NCBI GenBank assembly: GCA_016699385.1
Contig: CP064974.1
Coordinates: forward strand, 596,466 to 660,465
DNA: 64,000 nucleotides
Reading direction: 5' to 3'
Source: Candidatus Moraniibacteriota bacterium
GTDB lineage: Bacteria; Patescibacteriota; Minisyncoccia; Moranbacterales; UBA1568
Of the stretch, positions 61,013 through 64,000 are shown piece after piece. The position numbers were made by a program, and so were the translations under genes. The stretch's first letter is position 1; every line of letters begins with the position of its first letter. Below the pieces are notes generated by a model, which did not search any database, had not been told where the DNA came from, and saw only the letters and a program-made list of their open reading frames with translations.

Positions 61013-62269
61013 ATGCTCCGGCATTTTCCCAACAATTTTTTCTGGGGAGCAGCGACAGCATCACACCAGGTAGAGGGTGGAACAACCAATGACTGGAGCA
61101 AGTGGGAAAAGGCAAATGCAAACCGTCTTGCTCGCGAAGCCATATCAACATTCGGTCATCTCCCCGGTTGGACGGAAAAATTCGGCGACGAAGCATCTCG
61201 TCCCGAGAATTATATCTCCGACATTGCCTGCGACCACTACCATCGCTACGAAGAAGATTTCGATATTGCAAAGGACTTAAATCATACCGCCTATCGCTTT
61301 TCCATTGAGTGGTCTCGCATTGAGCCCGAAGAAGGAGAATGGGATAAACAAGGAATCGCGCACTATCAAGACGTCATTCGCGCACTTCGAGCACGAAACA
61401 TCGAGCCCTTCGTCACCCTCTGGCACTGGACACTCCCCCTCTGGCTCGCAGAGAAAGGCGGGATACTCGCACCACAATTTCCCGAATATTTCGCGCGATA
61501 CGCAGAGAAAATAGCACAAGCGCTTGGCAACGACGTGCAATTTTGGATTACCCTCAATGAGCCAGATGTCGTCACAGGGCACGCCTATATCAAAGCTCAG
61601 TGGCCACCGCAAGAGAAGAGTTTTCTCAAATACTTACGTGCCAATCTCGCCCTCATTAGCGCGCACAAGAGGGCGTATGACGCCATCAAAAAAAACTTTC
61701 CAAATGCGCACATCGGCATCGCCAAACATCAGCTCTCATTCGAACTTTATCGAAACACTCCCACTAATCGATTTCTGAAAAAAGTAGCGCACTATTTCTG
61801 GAATCGCTGGTTTCTCAATCACATCAAACGCCACCAGGATTTTATCGGACTCAATCACTACGGTCGCTGCGTCCTAGACAACGGCTTCTACAAAAACCCA
61901 AACGAACGCCGCACCGATATCGGCTGGGAATTCTACCCCGAGTCCATCTACCAGGCGCTCGTCGATCTCAAGCCCTATGGGAAGCCAATATACATCACCG
62001 AAAACGGTCTCGCCGACCAAGACGACACGATGCGCACAGAGTTTCTCACACGCGCCCTCACCTCCGTCCACCGCGCGATAGCAGACGGCGCCGACGTCCG
62101 TGGCTACCTCCACTGGTCACTCCTCGACAACTTCGAGTGGGACAAGGGTTTCTGGCCACGCTTCGGTCTCATTGATATCGACCACCACACGCTCGAACGT
62201 CGCATTCGCCCAAGCGCCCGCTACTATGCCGAAATCTGCAAAGCAAACGCGCTCGAAACCGCCGATTAG
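61013..62269 (+). CDS. glycoside hydrolase family 1 beta-glucosidase
   Basis: NFFWGAATASHQVEG N-terminus, acid/base motif ITLNEP and nucleophile motif ITENG. Confidence 0.9.
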   Translation: MLRHFPNNFFWGAATASHQVEGGTTNDWSKWEKANANRLAREAISTFGHLPGWTEKFGDEASRPENYISDIACDHYHRYEEDFDIAKDLNHTAYRFSIEWSRIEPEEGEWDKQGIAHYQDVIRALRARNIEPFVTLWHWTLPLWLAEKGGILAPQFPEYFARYAEKIAQALGNDVQFWITLNEPDVVTGHAYIKAQWPPQEKSFLKYLRANLALISAHKRAYDAIKKNFPNAHIGIAKHQLSFELYRNTPTNRFLKKVAHYFWNRWFLNHIKRHQDFIGLNHYGRCVLDNGFYKNPNERRTDIGWEFYPESIYQALVDLKPYGKPIYITENGLADQDDTMRTEFLTRALTSVHRAIADGADVRGYLHWSLLDNFEWDKGFWPRFGLIDIDHHTLERRIRPSARYYAEICKANALETAD

Positions 62270-62304
62270 CCCTTGCATCAACGGCTTTTTGTGCTACAAT
62301 CCCA

Positions 62305-62329
62305 GAAAGCCAATCGGCTTTTGTTTTTG
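62305..62329 (+). terminator. rho-independent terminator after GH1
   Basis: GAAAGCC-aatc-GGCTTTT followed by GTTTTTGT. Confidence 0.6.
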
Positions 62330-62335
62330 TCTTCC

Positions 62336-62410
62336 GGTCCCATCGTCTATCGGTTAGGACATCAGGTTTTCATCCTGAAAAGAGGGGTTCGACTCCCCTT
62401 GGGACTACCA
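62336..62410 (+). tRNA. tRNA-Glu (anticodon UUC), CCA encoded
   Basis: Manual cloverleaf: acceptor GGTCCCA/TGGGACT (one G-U pair), D-stem GTCT/GGAC, anticodon stem TCAGG/CCTGA with loop TTTTCAT (UUC), T-arm AGGGG-TTCGACT-CCCCT, discriminator A, then CCA. Confidence 0.85.
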
Positions 62411-64000
62411 ACTGTGATTCGTTAACAAAGAATGTCGAGGAAAGCTCGAATACATACGATAGCTTTGGTGTTCCATTAAGTATGTTTTCGTAAGTAGGCA
62501 TTTCTTCAAAGACCAGTCCATAAAGACCCCTCTGAACCCTGAAATCGCCTTGATTCAATAGGACTTCCGCTGGGTGTTCCATTATTTGCTTCGCCTCGCT
62601 CATAAACAACTTTATATCATCTCTGGTGATTTGAATTTTGTCCCGCTCCTTGCGGGCGTTTTTAATTTCATTTTCCAGCTGTTCAACCTTTTGTTCGAGC
62701 CGCTCCCTGACTACGGGACTTCTGGTAGCCATGATAACTTCGATTGTTGCCGCCTGTTGAACTTCCAAATCCGCGACATTGCGGTGAATATCGCCTGATG
62801 CCCGAACGATTTCTTGTTCGCGTTGTCGAAATTTATTAAGGAAAGTGACCTCCAGACCGTTCAAGATATCCGGATTAAACTTCAGGTTACTTATATACTT
62901 GTGAATGTTATCCTCAAAAGTTTTTTTACTCACCCCGAAATATTTATGTTTTCGACTGCAATGATAGATTGCAAATCCCTTGCCTGATTTTCCTTTTGGG
63001 CAACTACCCATCATTTCATTTAGGCACAGCGGACACCGAATGAATTTGAACGGAAAAAGTGGGTTGTTCCGGTTTCTTATTTGACCTGTCTTTGCCTTAC
63101 CTCGAACCATCCCCAAACTCCTGTCCGGATTTTCTTTGATTGAAACCTTGCCTCTATTTGCCTTATTGAATAGATCGATGCTAACCAAGCCATTGTATTT
63201 CGCCCGAATCGGCTGGTAATGCGTCCATTTTTCGTAATGCACACCAGCATAAATAGTATTCTGAATATAACGCTGTAGTTGCTTGACTGTCAGAAGATTT
63301 CCTCCTCTCTGACCAATAATTTTCTCGTGCCTCTTGTCCCATTTATCATAAATAGGAGTTCTGTATCCCATAGCATTGGCTCTCTCGACGATTTCTGGAT
63401 CAGAAAGACCCTGTGCCCGTAGTTCAAACATGGTGACATAGAACTTAGCTCGTTCTGGATGAGGCACCTGAATAGTTTTCTTCTTGCCACCTTCAACTAT
63501 GATCTTCTTGTTAACGTAGCCATCGGCTGCTCGACGAGCCCTGTATCCTTGGAGGGTAAGTCTGATTTCTTGTCCAATCAGCCGAGTCAAAACATGTGTT
63601 ACCTCTTGATTGGCGGTTGTCGCCATCACTGATTCTGTAATTTCGCTTGGTGAGAGCCTGCTCCAATCGTATTCGAAGCCAGTATCTTCAAGGGTATTTT
63701 TCGAAGGTTGAATGACACCCCAGGTATCAATAAGGTCTACTCCGCACTTGGCCAGCTCTTTCTTCATTCGATCATACTCACCGTTTCCTGCACGTGTAAG
63801 CCTATCAATTGATCGGAACACATAATAATCTATAAGACCGGGGTGTGCTTTTATGTATGCCAGTATTCCCTCGAAGTCGTCACGAATCTTCTTTCGTCCT
63901 GAAATGGCTGTTTTCCAAACTTTGCCATCCGGATGTATCCTCCATCCTTTGTCCGATATGAACTTGCGTGTGATTGCTTCTTGTACCTCAAGACTTTCGC
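62370..64000 (-). CDS. large serine recombinase (integrase), N-terminus beyond the window edge
   Basis: Resolvase-domain tail …YVFRSIDRLTRAG, recombinase domain, zinc ribbon (CPLCLNEM…CSRKH), coiled coil. The reading frame stays open to base 64000 (the 'M' in the ORF track is a GTG), and the stop codon lies inside tRNA-Glu. Confidence 0.85.
   Translation of the reverse strand, partial: ESLEVQEAITRKFISDKGWRIHPDGKVWKTAISGRKKIRDDFEGILAYIKAHPGLIDYYVFRSIDRLTRAGNGEYDRMKKELAKCGVDLIDTWGVIQPSKNTLEDTGFEYDWSRLSPSEITESVMATTANQEVTHVLTRLIGQEIRLTLQGYRARRAADGYVNKKIIVEGGKKKTIQVPHPERAKFYVTMFELRAQGLSDPEIVERANAMGYRTPIYDKWDKRHEKIIGQRGGNLLTVKQLQRYIQNTIYAGVHYEKWTHYQPIRAKYNGLVSIDLFNKANRGKVSIKENPDRSLGMVRGKAKTGQIRNRNNPLFPFKFIRCPLCLNEMMGSCPKGKSGKGFAIYHCSRKHKYFGVSKKTFEDNIHKYISNLKFNPDILNGLEVTFLNKFRQREQEIVRASGDIHRNVADLEVQQAATIEVIMATRSPVVRERLEQKVEQLENEIKNARKERDKIQITRDDIKLFMSEAKQIMEHPAEVLLNQGDFRVQRGLYGLVFEEMPTYENILNGTPKLSYVFELSSTFFVNESQLVVPRGVEPLFSG
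62370..64000. mobile_element. integrated element (prophage/ICE/integrative island) at the 3' end of tRNA-Glu, partial
   Basis: The integrase gene abuts and overlaps the tRNA 3' half; the rest of the element lies outside the window. Confidence 0.5.

Noticed and set aside
63819-63821. 'M' start of the recombinase ORF in the ORF track
   Set aside because: The codon is a GTG, and the frame remains open with resolvase-domain sequence to the window edge; the gene is truncated by the window and does not start here.

Overview
This 64-kb window reads as a gene-dense bacterial chromosome segment of roughly 50% GC, with mostly short intergenic gaps and a strong minus-strand bias. The complete-but-secretin-less type IV pilus locus, a ComFC gene, an orphan groES and the split ribosomal-protein operons are consistent with a small-genome, possibly Patescibacteria/CPR-like bacterium, but that is inference only.

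Main blocks, in order:
- Two secreted proteins (one lipase-like alpha/beta hydrolase) at the window start.
- The secE-nusG-rplK-rplA cluster, preceded by gatC-gatA and ligA.
- A 13-gene type IV pilus locus on the minus strand, without a secretin: pilM, N-like, O-like, pilB, a CheY-like receiver, pilT, pilC, two pilin genes, pilD and three minor pseudopilins.
- clpC with a near-consensus sigma70 promoter, then comFC.
- A glycan cluster: flippase-like membrane protein, GT4, UDP-glucose dehydrogenase and a GT2 polyprenyl-phosphate glycosyltransferase.
- The heat-shock operon hrcA - NUDIX::grpE fusion - hsp20 - dnaK, with a perfect CIRCE upstream of hrcA and a second CIRCE upstream of an orphan groES.
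- Sugar-nucleotide enzymes, yidD, a CorA-like transporter, and apbE next to a bis-heme ferric-reductase-domain membrane protein.
- A terminator-bounded six-gene operon: an NMT1/SsuA-type ABC transporter, DedA, a 530-aa protein with beta-carbonic-anhydrase-like zinc motifs, and a gamma-carbonic-anhydrase-like hexapeptide protein.
- rplJ-rplL and rpsP, separated by 42 kb from rplK-rplA.
- priA, def and fmt, with a perfect 21-bp hairpin between def and fmt.
- A catalytically dead HtrA/PDZ protein, a polytopic membrane protein and a sigma70-family sigma factor with a long N-terminal extension.
- A PurE-PurC fusion, a cellulose-synthase-like GT2 and a GH1 beta-glucosidase.
- tRNA-Glu(UUC), whose 3' half is overlapped by the end of a large serine recombinase gene running off the window edge, i.e. 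an integrated element begins here.

The candidates most worth follow-up are the carbonic-anhydrase/transporter operon, the sigma-factor / membrane-protein / pseudo-protease module, the NUDIX-GrpE and PurE-PurC fusions, and the element at tRNA-Glu.

Coordinates of hairpins and motifs may be off by one or two bases.
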